The notes under the pieces: generated by a model
What the model was told of the DNA's origin: nothing
The model's database searches: none
What the model saw: only the letters and a program-made list of their open reading frames with translations
Shown here: positions 29,702-44,178 of the stretch, piece after piece
Layout of the letters: each line of letters begins with the position of its first letter
Position numbering within the stretch: position 1 is the first letter of the stretch
Position numbers and translations under genes: made by a program
NCBI RefSeq assembly: GCF_039541115.1
Contig: NZ_BAABFP010000002.1
Location: 744,001 to 808,000 of the forward strand
Origin: Angustibacter luteus
Lineage (GTDB): Bacteria > Actinomycetota > Actinomycetes > Actinomycetales > Angustibacteraceae
DNA: 64,000 nucleotides
Reading direction: 5' to 3'

Positions 29702-30751
29702 TCACGGAGTGGTGGGAACCGTGATCTTGCCGTCGATGATGTCCTGCTTCGCCTTGTCGACGTCGGCCTTGATGTCGTCCACGTGGCCACCGGTGGTGGC
29801 GTAGTCGACGCCGCCCTTCTTCAGGTCGTAGACCTGGTCGCCACCCTTGACGGTGCCGTCCTGGTTCGCCTTGATGAAGTCGAACACGGCCACGTCGACC
29901 TTCTTGAGCATCGACGAGATGATGACGTCGCGGACGCTCGCGTCAGCGGTCAGGGCCTGGTCGGAGTCGACCCCGATGGCCGAGGCGCCGGCAGCCTTGC
30001 ACGCCTCGAACACGCCGCCACCGGAACCGCCGGCCGCCGCGTAGATGACGTCAGCGCCAGCGTCGAGCTGACCCTGCGCGGCCGTCTTGCCCTTGGCCGG
30101 GTCGGAGAAGCCCGAGAAGTCCGGCGGCTGGGTCAGGTACTTGACCTGGATCTTGATGTCCGGGTTGACCGACTTGGCCCCGGCGACGTAGCCGGCCTCG
30201 AACTTCTGGATCAGCGGCACCTGGACGCCACCGATGAAGCCGATGTTGCCGGACTTGGACTTCTTCGCGGCGATGACGCCGACCAGGTACGAGCCCTCGT
30301 TCTCGGCGAACAGCAGGCTGGTTACGTTGGCGGGGGTCTTGTCGCCCTTGGCGCTGTCCACGATCGCGAACTTGGCGTCCGGGAACTCCGCGGCGACCTT
30401 GTCGACCGCACCGGCGTACGCGAAGCCGACCGCGACGACCGGGTTGTAGCCGGCCTGGGCCAGCGTGCGCAGACGGTCCTCCTTGGCGGACTCGGACTCA
30501 CCGGTGGTGGCCTCGGCCTCCTGGGCGGTGACGCCGAGGTCCGACTTGGCCTTGTCCAGACCGGCGGCGGCGGCGTCGTTGAACGACTGGTCGCCACGGC
30601 CGCCGATGTCGTACGCGAGACCGACCTTCAGGGCGCTCTTGGTGCTCGAGCTGGTGCTGCCGCTCGAGCTGGTGTCATCGCTGCTGCCGCACGCGGCCAG
30701 AGCGAGTGCGGCCACCGAGGTGACAGCAACGATCTTCATCACCCGACGCAA
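29702..30751 (-). CDS. BMP family nucleoside-binding lipoprotein
   Basis: Lipobox LAAC, GGRGDQSFN, GADVIYAAAG, AIGVDSDQ; TTG start after GAAGGAG. Confidence 0.9.
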   Translation of the reverse strand: MRRVMKIVAVTSVAALALAACGSSDDTSSSGSTSSSTKSALKVGLAYDIGGRGDQSFNDAAAAGLDKAKSDLGVTAQEAEATTGESESAKEDRLRTLAQAGYNPVVAVGFAYAGAVDKVAAEFPDAKFAIVDSAKGDKTPANVTSLLFAENEGSYLVGVIAAKKSKSGNIGFIGGVQVPLIQKFEAGYVAGAKSVNPDIKIQVKYLTQPPDFSGFSDPAKGKTAAQGQLDAGADVIYAAAGGSGGGVFEACKAAGASAIGVDSDQALTADASVRDVIISSMLKKVDVAVFDFIKANQDGTVKGGDQVYDLKKGGVDYATTGGHVDDIKADVDKAKQDIIDGKITVPTTP

Positions 30752-30903
30752 GGGTGTCTCCTTCATTCAATGCCTCGTGGAGGTGACCACTGGAGGCGGG
30801 GATGGTGGAGCCGATACCTGGTGGACCACCCGGCTCAACTCGCAGGGATGCTACCTGGGCTGGCTGGGTGCTGTCCGCCTCAGACGGTGCAGTATCCGAA
30901 CTG

Positions 30904-32145
30904 TTACCGGGTGGTCACGTCGTCAAGTGTTGACGTGGACCGGCTCGCGTCGTCCAGCGCGCCGAGCCCCGCGCGAGCGAGCAGCTGCGCCCCGACCGGG
31001 ACGGCGGCGTCGTCGACGCGAAGGTTGCCCTGGTGCAGGTCGAATGTCGGACCGCCGGGGGTTCGGGTGCCCAACCGGGCCATCGCGCCGGGCACCGACT
31101 CCAGGTACCAGGCGAAGTCCTCGCCGCCCAGGCTCTGCTCGGTGCCGACCAGCGCGCCGGCCCCGACCACCTGGCCGGCCGCGGCGGCCAGCCGCCGGGC
31201 GGCCCGCGGGTCGTTGACCACCGGCGGGACGCCGCGCACGTGCTCGACCTCGGGGGTCACGCCGTACGGTGCGACGACGGCGCGCACCACCTCGTTCACG
31301 ATGTCCTGAGCGGCCGCCCAGGCGCGGATGTCGAGCACTCGAAGCGTGCCCTCGACCTCACCGAACGCCGGGATCACGTTGGCCGCCGAGCCCGCGCCGA
31401 TGCGGCCCCAGACCATGCTGGCGCCGGCCCGCGGGTCCAGCCGGCGCGACAGCGCGGCCGGCACCTCGGTGACGACCTTCGCGAGCGCGAAGGTGAGGTC
31501 CTGGGTGAGGTGCGGCCGGGACGTGTGCCCGCCCTTGCCGCGCAGCCGCACGGTCACCTGGTCCGTCGCCGCGGTGATCGGGCCCTCGCGCAGCCCGATC
31601 GTCCCGACGTCGATCGAGGGGTCGCAGTGCAACGCGAAGATGCTTCGGACGTCGTCCAGCACCCCGTGCGCGACCAGGTCGAGCGCTCCGCCGGGCATGA
31701 CCTCCTCGGCGGGCTGGAACAGCAGCCGGACCCGGCCGGGCAGCGGGCTCACGCGGTGCTGCTCGGCCAGCGCCAGGCCGGCGCCGAGCAGCGCGGCGGT
31801 GTGCACGTCGTGACCGCAGGCGTGCGCCACGCCGTCCACGGTGGAGCGCCACGGGTCGGTGGTCTCGTCCTCCAGCGGGAGCGCGTCCAGGTCGGCCCGC
31901 AGGGCGACGACGGGGCCGTCCGAGTCCGGGTGGCCGACCTCGGCGACCAGCCCGCTGCGCGGCAGCCCCTGGACGGCGATGCCGGCCTTCTCCAGCCGGG
32001 TGGCGACGACGTCGCAGGTCCGCACCTCCAGCCAGGACGGCTCGGGGTGGGCGTGCAGGTCACGCCGGACGTCGACCAGCTCGGTGGCGAGGTCCGCCAC
32101 GATCTGGGATGTCGAGAGCGCAGAGTGCTGGGCGTCGGGAGTCAC
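30904..32145 (-). CDS. M20 family amidohydrolase
   Basis: RRDLHAHPE, LRADLDALP, HACGHD, FQPAEE, GGEDF. Confidence 0.9.
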   Translation of the reverse strand: MTPDAQHSALSTSQIVADLATELVDVRRDLHAHPEPSWLEVRTCDVVATRLEKAGIAVQGLPRSGLVAEVGHPDSDGPVVALRADLDALPLEDETTDPWRSTVDGVAHACGHDVHTAALLGAGLALAEQHRVSPLPGRVRLLFQPAEEVMPGGALDLVAHGVLDDVRSIFALHCDPSIDVGTIGLREGPITAATDQVTVRLRGKGGHTSRPHLTQDLTFALAKVVTEVPAALSRRLDPRAGASMVWGRIGAGSAANVIPAFGEVEGTLRVLDIRAWAAAQDIVNEVVRAVVAPYGVTPEVEHVRGVPPVVNDPRAARRLAAAAGQVVGAGALVGTEQSLGGEDFAWYLESVPGAMARLGTRTPGGPTFDLHQGNLRVDDAAVPVGAQLLARAGLGALDDASRSTSTLDDVTTR

Positions 32146-32162
32146 GATGTGTCCAGGTTAGT

Positions 32163-33746
<1,584 letters not shown>

Positions 33747-33810
33747 CCGGGCAGGGTATCGACGCGGGCCCGCCTCGGCCCGGCCTCGTGTCCGACCTCA
33801 CACCCCCGAC

Positions 33811-33873
33811 CGCAGATAGCGGGATATCCGGGGTTTTGGGACGCGAATGAGCCCGAAGAGCGGGCTATCTGCG
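33811..33873. repeat. Intergenic inverted repeat CGCAGATAGC...GCTATCTGCG
   Basis: Perfect 10-bp inverted arms with a 43-nt spacer. Confidence 0.5.
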
Positions 33874-33884
33874 CGGGGACGGGG

Positions 33885-34967
33885 TCAGAGGAGGTCGGTG
33901 CGGCCGGCGGCCGTGAGCCGGTCGACCACGCCCTTGACCTGCTGGGCGTGCGAGCGGGCCGCCACCAGCACCGCGTCCGGGGTGTCCACCACGACCACGT
34001 CGTGCAGCCCGATCAGCGCCACGACCCGGCCGGACGTCGTCACCACCACCCCCGTGGAGTCGGTGGCCAGCAGCTCGCCGTCCCCGATGACCTGCAGGTC
34101 GCCCGCCGGGAGCACCGTGCCGAGCGAGTCGAAGTCCCCCACGTCGTCCCAGCCAAAGGCCCCCGGCACCACGGCCACCCGTCCGGCGGCCGCCGCGGGC
34201 TCGGCCACCGCGTAGTCCACGGCCACCTTCTCGAGCTGCGGCCAGACCTCGTCGAGCACCCGCTGGCGGTCCGGGCCGTCCCAGGCGGCGCCGAGCACCC
34301 GCAGCCCCTCCGCCAGCGCCGGCCGGTACTCGGCGAGCAGGTCGAGCAGCACGGACGCCCGCGCCACGAACATCCCGGCGTTCCACCGGTAGCCCTGCGC
34401 GACGTACCCGGCGGCGGTCTCGGCGTCCGGCTTCTCGACGAACTCGGCGACGGCGAGCGCCGACGGCGCGTCCGGGACGTCGAGCGCCGCCCCCGCGCGG
34501 ATGTAGCCGAAGCCGGTGGCCGGGTGGGTCGGGGTGATGCCGATGGTGACGAGGAGCCCGGTGCGGGCCACCGCGACGGCCTCGCCGACGGCGGCGGCGA
34601 ACGCGGCGGCGTCGGCGATCACGTGGTCGGCCGCGAACGAGCCGATGACCGCCTGCGGGTCCCGGGCGTGCACGACGGCGGCGGCCAGGCCGATCGCGGC
34701 GGCGGAGTCACGCGGCGAGGGCTCGGCCAGCAGGTCGTCCAGGTCGAGCCCGGGCAGCTGACGCGCCACGGCACCGGCGTGCCCCGCACCGGTCACCACG
34801 CACACCCGGGCGGCGACGTCGTCCAGCCGGTCCCAGGTCTGCTGCAGCAGGGTGCGTCCGGTGCCGGTCAGGTCGAGCAGGAACTTGGGCTGGGCGCGGC
34901 GCGAGAGCGGCCAGAGCCGCGTCCCGGCACCGCCGGCGGGCACCACGGCGGTCAGGTCGGCGATCAC
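33885..34967 (-). CDS. manC: Mannose-1-phosphate guanylyltransferase
   Basis: PAGGAGTRLWPLSR..PKF, EPSPRDSA, ADHVI, FVEKP, WNAGMF, WDDVG. Confidence 0.9.
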   Translation of the reverse strand: MIADLTAVVPAGGAGTRLWPLSRRAQPKFLLDLTGTGRTLLQQTWDRLDDVAARVCVVTGAGHAGAVARQLPGLDLDDLLAEPSPRDSAAAIGLAAAVVHARDPQAVIGSFAADHVIADAAAFAAAVGEAVAVARTGLLVTIGITPTHPATGFGYIRAGAALDVPDAPSALAVAEFVEKPDAETAAGYVAQGYRWNAGMFVARASVLLDLLAEYRPALAEGLRVLGAAWDGPDRQRVLDEVWPQLEKVAVDYAVAEPAAAAGRVAVVPGAFGWDDVGDFDSLGTVLPAGDLQVIGDGELLATDSTGVVVTTSGRVVALIGLHDVVVVDTPDAVLVAARSHAQQVKGVVDRLTAAGRTDLL

Positions 34968-35168
34968 CCCGGTGACGCTATCGAACCCGGCCGCGGCGCC
35001 GGAGCCACTCTGAGGGGTTGGTCACACCCAGCCATCCCGGTGCGGCCCCAGCGGCCCCACGTCACTACAGTGACCACGTCGTGGACGTCGCCGTCCCCCG
35101 CCTCCAGCGCCATCTCAGCAGCCGTGCGGGTCGACGCGTCACCCTCCCGCCAGGCGAAAGGGAACGTC

Positions 35169-35543
35169 GTGCCCAAGGCACCCGCAGGCACCCTCTACCG
35201 GGGCCGCGAGGGGATGTGGTCGTGGGTCGCCCACCGGGTGACCGGCGTGCTGATCTTCTTCTTCCTCTTCGCGCACGTGCTGGACACCGCGCTCGTGCGG
35301 GTGTCCCCCGAGGCGTACAACGACGTCATCGGGACGTACAAGAACCCGATCGTGGGGCTCGGTGAGGCCGGGCTGGTCGCCGCGATCATCTTCCACGCGT
35401 TCAACGGCGTGCGGATCATGCTGGTCGACTTCTGGTCCCAGGGCCCGCGCTACCAGCGGCAGATGCTCTGGGTCGTCATCGGCGCCTGGGTGCTGCTGTT
35501 CGCGCCGTTCGCCGTCCGCCACCTGATGCACGTCTTCGGCTGA
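35169..35543 (+). CDS. sdhC: Succinate dehydrogenase cytochrome b subunit
   Basis: GTLYRGREGMWSWVAHRVTG..HVLDT..FHAFNGVR. Confidence 0.92.
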   Translation: MPKAPAGTLYRGREGMWSWVAHRVTGVLIFFFLFAHVLDTALVRVSPEAYNDVIGTYKNPIVGLGEAGLVAAIIFHAFNGVRIMLVDFWSQGPRYQRQMLWVVIGAWVLLFAPFAVRHLMHVFG

Positions 35544-35553
35544 GGGAGCTGAC

Positions 35554-35997
35554 ATGACGACCCTCGACGCGCCCCGCGCCCCGTTCCGCCGCAGCCGCGC
35601 CACCCGCAGCAACTTCGAGCTCTACTCGTGGCTCTTCATGCGCGGGTCGGGCGTGGTGCTGATCGCGCTGGTCTTCGGCCACCTGTTCGTGAACCTGGTC
35701 GCCGGCGACGGCATCAAGGCCATCGACTTCGCGTTCGTCGGCGGCAAGTGGTCCAGCCCGTTCTGGCAGACCTGGGACCTGCTGATGCTGTGGCTCGCCG
35801 AGCTGCACGGCGTCAACGGGGTCCGCACCGTGATCAACGACTACGCGGAGAAGGACAGCACCCGCATCGTGCTGAAGACCCTGCTGCTGGTCAGCGCCGC
35901 CGTGGTGCTGGTGCTCGGCACCTTGGTCATCTTCACGTTCGACCCGTGCCCGGTGGGCGAGCCCGCCAACCTGCTCCCGTCGTTCTGCACCCAGTAA
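35554..35997 (+). CDS. sdhD: Succinate dehydrogenase membrane anchor
   Basis: [21 protein letters not shown]. Confidence 0.92.
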   Translation: MTTLDAPRAPFRRSRATRSNFELYSWLFMRGSGVVLIALVFGHLFVNLVAGDGIKAIDFAFVGGKWSSPFWQTWDLLMLWLAELHGVNGVRTVINDYAEKDSTRIVLKTLLLVSAAVVLVLGTLVIFTFDPCPVGEPANLLPSFCTQ

Positions 35998-36010
35998 AGG
36001 CAGGCAACCC

Positions 36011-37762
36011 ATGCAGACGCACACCTACGACGTGGTCATCGTCGGCGCCGGCGGCGCCGGCATGCGCGCGGCCCTGGAGTCCAGCAAGCGCGCCCGGACG
36101 GCGGTCCTCACCAAGCTCTACCCGACGCGCTCGCACACCGGTGCGGCCCAGGGCGGCATGTGCGCCGCCCTGGCGAACGTCGAGGAGGACAACTGGGAGT
36201 GGCACACCTTCGACACCGTCAAGGGCGGCGACTACCTCGTCGACCAGGACGCGGCCGAGGTGATGTGCAAGGAGGCCATCGACGCGGTCCTGGACCTCGA
36301 GAAGATGGGTCTGCCGTTCAACCGGACGCCCGAGGGCAAGATCGACCAGCGCCGGTTCGGCGGCCACACCCGCAACCACGGCGAGGCTGCCGTGCGCCGC
36401 TCGTGCTTCGCGGCGGACCGCACCGGCCACATGATCCTGCAGACGCTCTACCAGAACTGCGTCAAGCAGGACGTCGAGTTCTTCAACGAGTTCTACGTGC
36501 TCGACCTCATCATGACCGGCAGCGGCGAGCACCGGCGCACCGCCGGCGTGGTGGCCTACGAGCTGGCCAGCGGCGAGATCCACATCTTCCGCGCCAAGTC
36601 CGTGGTGCTGGCCACCGGAGGCGTCGGCAAGGTCTTCAAGACGACCTCCAACGCGCACACGCTCACCGGTGACGGCATGGGGATCGCCTTCCGCAGCGGG
36701 ATCCCGTTGGAGGACATGGAGTTCTTCCAGTTCCACCCGACGGGCCTGGCCGGGTTGGGCATCCTGCTGTCCGAGGCGGCGCGCGGCGAGGGCGGCATCC
36801 TGCGCAACAGCGAGGGCGAGCGCTTCATGGAGCGCTACGCCCCGACCATCAAGGACCTCGCGCCGCGCGACATCGTGGCGCGCTCGATGGCCAACGAGGT
36901 CCGCGAGGGCCGCGGCTGCGGTCCGAACAAGGACTACGTGCTGCTCGACCTGACCCACCTGGAGCCCGCGCACATCGACGCGAAGCTGCCGGACATCACC
37001 GAGTTCGCCCGCACGTACCTGGGCGTCGAGCCGTACACCGAGCCGGTTCCGGTGTACCCGACCGCGCACTACGCGATGGGCGGCGTGCCGACCAACATCG
37101 AGGCGGAGGTGCTGCGGGACAACACCCACGTCGTCCCGGGCCTGTACGCCGCCGGCGAGGTCGCGTGCGTGTCCGTGCACGGCTCGAACCGGCTGGGTAC
37201 CAACTCGCTGCTGGACATCAACGTCTTCGGACGCCGGGCCGGTATCGCCGCCGCGGAGTTCGCGGCCACCGCACCGTTGCTCGACCTGCCCGACACGCCC
37301 GAGGTGGCGACCGTCGAGCTGCTGGAGTCGATGCGCTCGCGCCAGGACGGCGAGCGGGTGGCCACGGTTCGCAAGGCGCTGCAGGAGACCATGGACCGCA
37401 ACGCCCAGGTGTTCCGGACCGAGGGATCGCTGAAGCAGGCGCTCAGCGACATCGAGGGTCTGAAAGCGCGCTACCGCAACGTGTCCGTCCAGGACAAGGG
37501 CCAGCGCTTCAACACCGACCTGCTGGAGGCGGTCGAGCTGGGCTTCCTGCTCGACCTCGCCGAGGTCATCGTGCTGGGCGCACTGGAGCGCAAGGAGTCC
37601 CGCGGCGGGCACTTCCGTGAGGACTACGCGCACCGCGACGACGTGAACTTCATGCGGCACACCATGGCCTACCGTGAAGAGGGCGCGGACGGTTCCGCCG
37701 TGCGCCTCGACTACAAGCCGGTCGTGCAGACCCGTTACGAGCCGATGGAGCGCAAGTACTGA
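36011..37762 (+). CDS. sdhA: Succinate dehydrogenase flavoprotein
   Basis: [35 protein letters not shown]. Confidence 0.97.
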   Translation: MQTHTYDVVIVGAGGAGMRAALESSKRARTAVLTKLYPTRSHTGAAQGGMCAALANVEEDNWEWHTFDTVKGGDYLVDQDAAEVMCKEAIDAVLDLEKMGLPFNRTPEGKIDQRRFGGHTRNHGEAAVRRSCFAADRTGHMILQTLYQNCVKQDVEFFNEFYVLDLIMTGSGEHRRTAGVVAYELASGEIHIFRAKSVVLATGGVGKVFKTTSNAHTLTGDGMGIAFRSGIPLEDMEFFQFHPTGLAGLGILLSEAARGEGGILRNSEGERFMERYAPTIKDLAPRDIVARSMANEVREGRGCGPNKDYVLLDLTHLEPAHIDAKLPDITEFARTYLGVEPYTEPVPVYPTAHYAMGGVPTNIEAEVLRDNTHVVPGLYAAGEVACVSVHGSNRLGTNSLLDINVFGRRAGIAAAEFAATAPLLDLPDTPEVATVELLESMRSRQDGERVATVRKALQETMDRNAQVFRTEGSLKQALSDIEGLKARYRNVSVQDKGQRFNTDLLEAVELGFLLDLAEVIVLGALERKESRGGHFREDYAHRDDVNFMRHTMAYREEGADGSAVRLDYKPVVQTRYEPMERKY

Positions 37763-38523
37763 TGACGACCACGACGGACGCCGCCGCCTCGAGCACCGAG
37801 GTCGGTGTGGTGCCCAGCTTCGACGTCACGCTGCGGATCCGGCGGTTCAACCCGGAGTCGGACACCGAGCCGCACTGGGAGGACTACACCGTCTCGGTGC
37901 ACGCCACCGACCGGCTGCTCGACGCGCTGCACACCATCAAGTGGGAGCAGGACGGCTCGCTGACCTTCCGCCGGTCCTGCGCGCACGGCGTCTGCGGTTC
38001 GGACGCCATGCGGATCAACGGCAAGAACCGGCTGGCCTGCAAGACCCTGCTGAAGGACCTGAACCCGAAGAAGCCGATCACGGTCGAGCCGATCAAGGGA
38101 CTGGCGGTCGAGAAGGACCTCGTCGTCGACATGGACCCGTTCTTCGCGGCCTACCGCGAGGTCATGCCGTTCCTCATGACGTCCGGCAACGAGCCGAGCC
38201 GCGAGCGGATCCAGAGCCAGGAGCAGCGCGACCGGTTCGACGACACCACGAAGTGCATCCTGTGCGCGGCGTGCACGTCGTCCTGCCCGGTGTTCTGGGG
38301 CGACGGACAGTACTTCGGGCCGGCCGCGATCGTGAACGCGCACCGATTCATCTTCGACAGCCGCGACCAGGCGGCGGACCAGCGGCTGGAGATCCTGAAC
38401 GACAAGGAGGGCGTGTGGCGCTGCCGCACGACCTTCAACTGCACCGACGCGTGCCCGCGCGGCATCGAGGTGACCAAGGCCATCCAGGAGGTCAAGCGCG
38501 CCCTCCTGACCCGCAAGGTCTGA
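37762..38523 (+). CDS. sdhB: Succinate dehydrogenase iron-sulfur subunit
   Basis: RRSCAHGVCGSD, CILCAACTSSCP, CRTTFNCTDACP. Confidence 0.97.
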   Translation: MTTTTDAAASSTEVGVVPSFDVTLRIRRFNPESDTEPHWEDYTVSVHATDRLLDALHTIKWEQDGSLTFRRSCAHGVCGSDAMRINGKNRLACKTLLKDLNPKKPITVEPIKGLAVEKDLVVDMDPFFAAYREVMPFLMTSGNEPSRERIQSQEQRDRFDDTTKCILCAACTSSCPVFWGDGQYFGPAAIVNAHRFIFDSRDQAADQRLEILNDKEGVWRCRTTFNCTDACPRGIEVTKAIQEVKRALLTRKV

Positions 38524-38527
38524 TCGC

Positions 38528-39727
38528 GTGCGCCGCCGCGCCCGCTCCGCCGCCACCGTGGCCGTCGCCCTCGCGGCCGGCCTGTCGGTGAGCGTCGCCG
38601 CCGGCCCCAGCGCGAACGCGTCGATCACCCGGCCGGTGGTCGGCGGTCCGCTGCTGGGCGCGACGTCGGTCGTCACGGACCTCCCGGACGGCGTGCCGGC
38701 ACCGCCGACGTTCAACGCTGCGGGGTGGGTGCTGGCCGACCTCGACACCGGCGCGGTGATCGCCGCGCGCAACCCGCACGGGCGGTACCTCCCGGCATCG
38801 ACGCTGAAGACGTTGACGGTGCTGACCACGCTGCCCAAGGTCGACCAGTCGCAGGTCGTGCTGGCCGAACCGAGCGACGTCGTCGAGGGCTCCCAGGTCG
38901 GGCTGGACCCGGGCTCCACGTACACGGTCCGCCAGCTGCTGCAGGGCACCATGCTCTCGTCCGGCAATGACGCGGCGACCGCGCTGGCCCGGGTGGCCGG
39001 CGGTGTCCCGCAGACCGTGGCCGCCATGCAGGCCGAGGCCAACCGGCTGGGTGCGTTCGACACGACGGTGCGCAATCCCAGCGGGTTGGACGCCCCGGGG
39101 CAGAGGTCCAGTGCGTACGACCTGGCTCTGGTGGCACGCGCCGCGCTCGACGTCCCGGGCTTCCGTGAGCTGGTCGCGACCAAGCACATCCGGTTCCCCG
39201 GCAAGGTGGTGAAGGGCAAGAAGCGCACCAGCTACCAGATCCAGAACCACAACAAGCTGCTCTACAACTACGACGGCGCGATCGGCGTGAAGAACGGCTA
39301 CACCGTGGCGGCGCGGTGGACGGCGATCGGCGCGGCCACCCGGGGTGGGCACACCTACGTGCTGACCGCGATGCGCCGCGGCGAGAGCAGCTGGCGCCCG
39401 CAGGCCGCGATGCTGGACTGGGCCTTCACGTACGGCGCCCGCGCCCGGCCGGTCGGCACCCTGGTCACCCCGGACCAGGCGGCGGCCCTGGCCCACCCGG
39501 CGGGGCCGTCCGGCCCGTCCGCCGCGGCGATCGCTCCGGCGGGCGCCGCGCAGTCCGCGGCCCTGCGCTCCACGCCGACCAGCACCAGCACCGCACGCGT
39601 CGTCGGCCTGGCCGGTATCGCCTTCGCGCTGGTCGCCGTGACGCTGCTCGCGCTCAGCGCCCGCGCACGACGCCGACAGCTGCTCGCAGCCCGTCGCGCG
39701 CGGTACGAGCGACAAACAGTGCGCTGA
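38528..39727 (+). CDS. D-alanyl-D-alanine carboxypeptidase (peptidase S11)
   Basis: PASTLK (SxxK), SGNDA (SxN), GVKNGYT; signal peptide and C-terminal TM. Confidence 0.88.
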   Translation: MRRRARSAATVAVALAAGLSVSVAAGPSANASITRPVVGGPLLGATSVVTDLPDGVPAPPTFNAAGWVLADLDTGAVIAARNPHGRYLPASTLKTLTVLTTLPKVDQSQVVLAEPSDVVEGSQVGLDPGSTYTVRQLLQGTMLSSGNDAATALARVAGGVPQTVAAMQAEANRLGAFDTTVRNPSGLDAPGQRSSAYDLALVARAALDVPGFRELVATKHIRFPGKVVKGKKRTSYQIQNHNKLLYNYDGAIGVKNGYTVAARWTAIGAATRGGHTYVLTAMRRGESSWRPQAAMLDWAFTYGARARPVGTLVTPDQAAALAHPAGPSGPSAAAIAPAGAAQSAALRSTPTSTSTARVVGLAGIAFALVAVTLLALSARARRRQLLAARRARYERQTVR

Positions 39728-40730
39728 CCCCGAGGACCGCGCCGGCGGCCAGTGACGTGCGGTCACGGGCCCGGGGGCCGAAGCTGGGCTGAACGTCCTC
39801 GCGCGGGCCGGCCGGGAACGGCAGCGGCTCCGGCGGCTCCGTCGGGCCGAGCGGTGCGGCCAGCCGGCCGGTCGCCCGCAACCGGGTCGCCGACCAGGCC
39901 GCGGACAGCAGCACGACGCGGCTGATCAGGTTGATCAGGACCAGCAGCCCGATGATCACGGCGAAGCTGGCCAGCAGGGGCTTGTTCCCGGCGCTGGCGA
40001 GCAGTCGACCGCTGGCCAGCTTGAGGACGCCGAGCCCGACCGCGCCGATCAGCGCGCTCTGAGCGACGTCCTTGCGAGACAGGGCGATCCCGCTGAGCAG
40101 GCGCAGGATGATCACCATGAGCAGGAAGTCGGCGACCAGGACGACGAGGACGCTGAGGACCTGCAGCAGCACCTTCGTCCCGGTGGCGTCCTCGTCCAGA
40201 TGGACCCGCGCCAGGGCCCAGGACGCCGCCCCGGTGGCCACCAGCGACAGCACGGCCGATGCGAGCATCGGTACGCCGAGCAGCGCCAGCAACCCCAGGT
40301 CACGCACCTTGCCCAGCACCGGGTTGGACTTCAGCTTGGGCTGGTCGTACATCGTCCGGACGCCCTCGCGGATCGCGGCGACCCACCCGAGACCGGCCAG
40401 CAGCAGCGTGACCAGGCTGATCAGGCCGGCCACGGTCAGCACGTCCGGGGTGGGCGGGTTCGACGCGTCCAGCAGACCGTTCGGGTTCGACTCGTCCTTG
40501 ATGATCCCCGGCAGCGTGTTGGAGACCGACGCCACGACCCGGTCGAACAGGTCGGGTTGATTGCGAAGCACGAAGCCGAAGACGGTGAAGCCGATGATCA
40601 GCGCCGGGATCACCGAGAAGAACCCGACGAAGGTCATGCCCCCGGCGAGCAGGTTGCCCCGGACCTGGCCGTAGTGCTCCCACGACCGGTACGGGTGGCT
40701 GGCCTTGAGGCGCGCGAGCAACGCCTTCAC
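39654..40730 (-). CDS. YihY/virulence factor BrkB family membrane protein
   Basis: RGNLLAGGMTFVGFFS, multiple TMs; GTG 40730 overlaps the upstream stop. Confidence 0.82.
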   Translation of the reverse strand: MKALLARLKASHPYRSWEHYGQVRGNLLAGGMTFVGFFSVIPALIIGFTVFGFVLRNQPDLFDRVVASVSNTLPGIIKDESNPNGLLDASNPPTPDVLTVAGLISLVTLLLAGLGWVAAIREGVRTMYDQPKLKSNPVLGKVRDLGLLALLGVPMLASAVLSLVATGAASWALARVHLDEDATGTKVLLQVLSVLVVLVADFLLMVIILRLLSGIALSRKDVAQSALIGAVGLGVLKLASGRLLASAGNKPLLASFAVIIGLLVLINLISRVVLLSAAWSATRLRATGRLAAPLGPTEPPEPLPFPAGPREDVQPSFGPRARDRTSLAAGAVLGVSALFVARTARDGLRAAVGVVRGR

Positions 40731-41275
40731 CCGGAGCTGCCCGGGAACGGGAACCAGCCCTGGGGGCGCCACACGCCGTCCGCGCCGTGCTCGTAGAGGT
40801 GGAAGCCGTCCACCACGAACCGGCACTCGAAGTCCGCCAGCTCGCGTGCCGCGCGGTCGAGGGCGTCGTCCGCGAGGTGGTGCGCGATGGTCACGTGCGG
40901 GTGGTAGTAGAACTGCAGGTCGCGCGCCAGCGGCCCGCTGCGCACCGCCTGCTCCAGCACCTCGCACCCACCGATGCCCTGAACCAGCGGCACGAACACC
41001 ACCGGCGACACCGGGCGGAAGGTGGACGTCCCGCGCAGGTGGATCTCGAACGGCGTGGCCTTCGCGGCGACCGACGACAGGTGCTCGGTGACGACACTGG
41101 CCTCGGGCCGGTCCAGCTCGGTGGGCGGCAGCAACGTGACGTGGGTGGGGATGGACGACGCCAGCGGGTCGCCGAACGACGCGCGGTGGGCGCGCAGCTC
41201 CTCGCCGTACGGGTCCGGGATGGAGATCGCCACACCGATGGTTCGCTGCACCCCGTCGTCCGGCCCGTTGGTCAC
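40727..41275 (-). CDS. 2H phosphoesterase (2'-5' RNA ligase/LigT-like)
   Basis: Two HxT motifs, PTHVTLLPP and YHPHVTIAH; start uncertain. Confidence 0.85.
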   Translation of the reverse strand: MTNGPDDGVQRTIGVAISIPDPYGEELRAHRASFGDPLASSIPTHVTLLPPTELDRPEASVVTEHLSSVAAKATPFEIHLRGTSTFRPVSPVVFVPLVQGIGGCEVLEQAVRSGPLARDLQFYYHPHVTIAHHLADDALDRAARELADFECRFVVDGFHLYEHGADGVWRPQGWFPFPGSSG

Positions 41276-41321
41276 CGTCTGATCCTGCCCTAAGTTGCCG
41301 GCCCGGACACCCATCGGGGCC

Positions 41322-43695
<2,374 letters not shown>

Positions 43696-43848
43696 CGGCG
43701 TCCACCTCCTGAGGTCTCGCCGGATTCTAGGCGTCCCGTCCACCCGTACGTAACAGACCCCTTTACAGAAGTTGTCTTGCCAGTTATCTTCAGGCCCGTC
43801 TTGTCCCGTTCCCTCCCCTTTCGTGGGGATGGCCAAGGAGCGCGCACC

Positions 43849-44134
43849 ATGCCCAGATCCACCGCACTCACGCTGGCCCTGGCCCTGGGGTCCGCGGGCG
43901 GCACCCCCACGACCACCCCCACCAGCCAGCACCACGACCTCGACGCCGACCACCACGTCGACGCCGACCATCACGACAGGCCCCGGGCAGTACCCGGCCT
44001 GGGCCGTGGGCACCGCCTACCCGGCGGGCGACCACGTGTCGTACGGCGGCAGCCGCGACCAGTGCCTGCTGGCGCACACGGCGTACCCCGGCTGGACGCC
44101 GGACGTCGTCCCCGCGCTGCGGCAGAAGCTCTGA
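43849..44134 (+). pseudogene. Degenerate secreted chitin-binding (CBM5/12) protein remnant
   Basis: RBS AAGGAG; MPRSTALTLALALG plus P/T linker, frameshift near 43925, then YPAWAVGTAYPAGDHVSYGG..CLLAHTAYPGWTP. Confidence 0.65.
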
Positions 44135-44178
44135 CCCGGCCGCCACACCCGACCGCACCTCACTGAGAGAAGGAACCG

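Noticed and set aside
43696..44178. DasR-responsive element, or an RRNPP-type signalling propeptide
   Set aside because: No convincing dre match; the small ORF is better explained as a decayed CBM gene.
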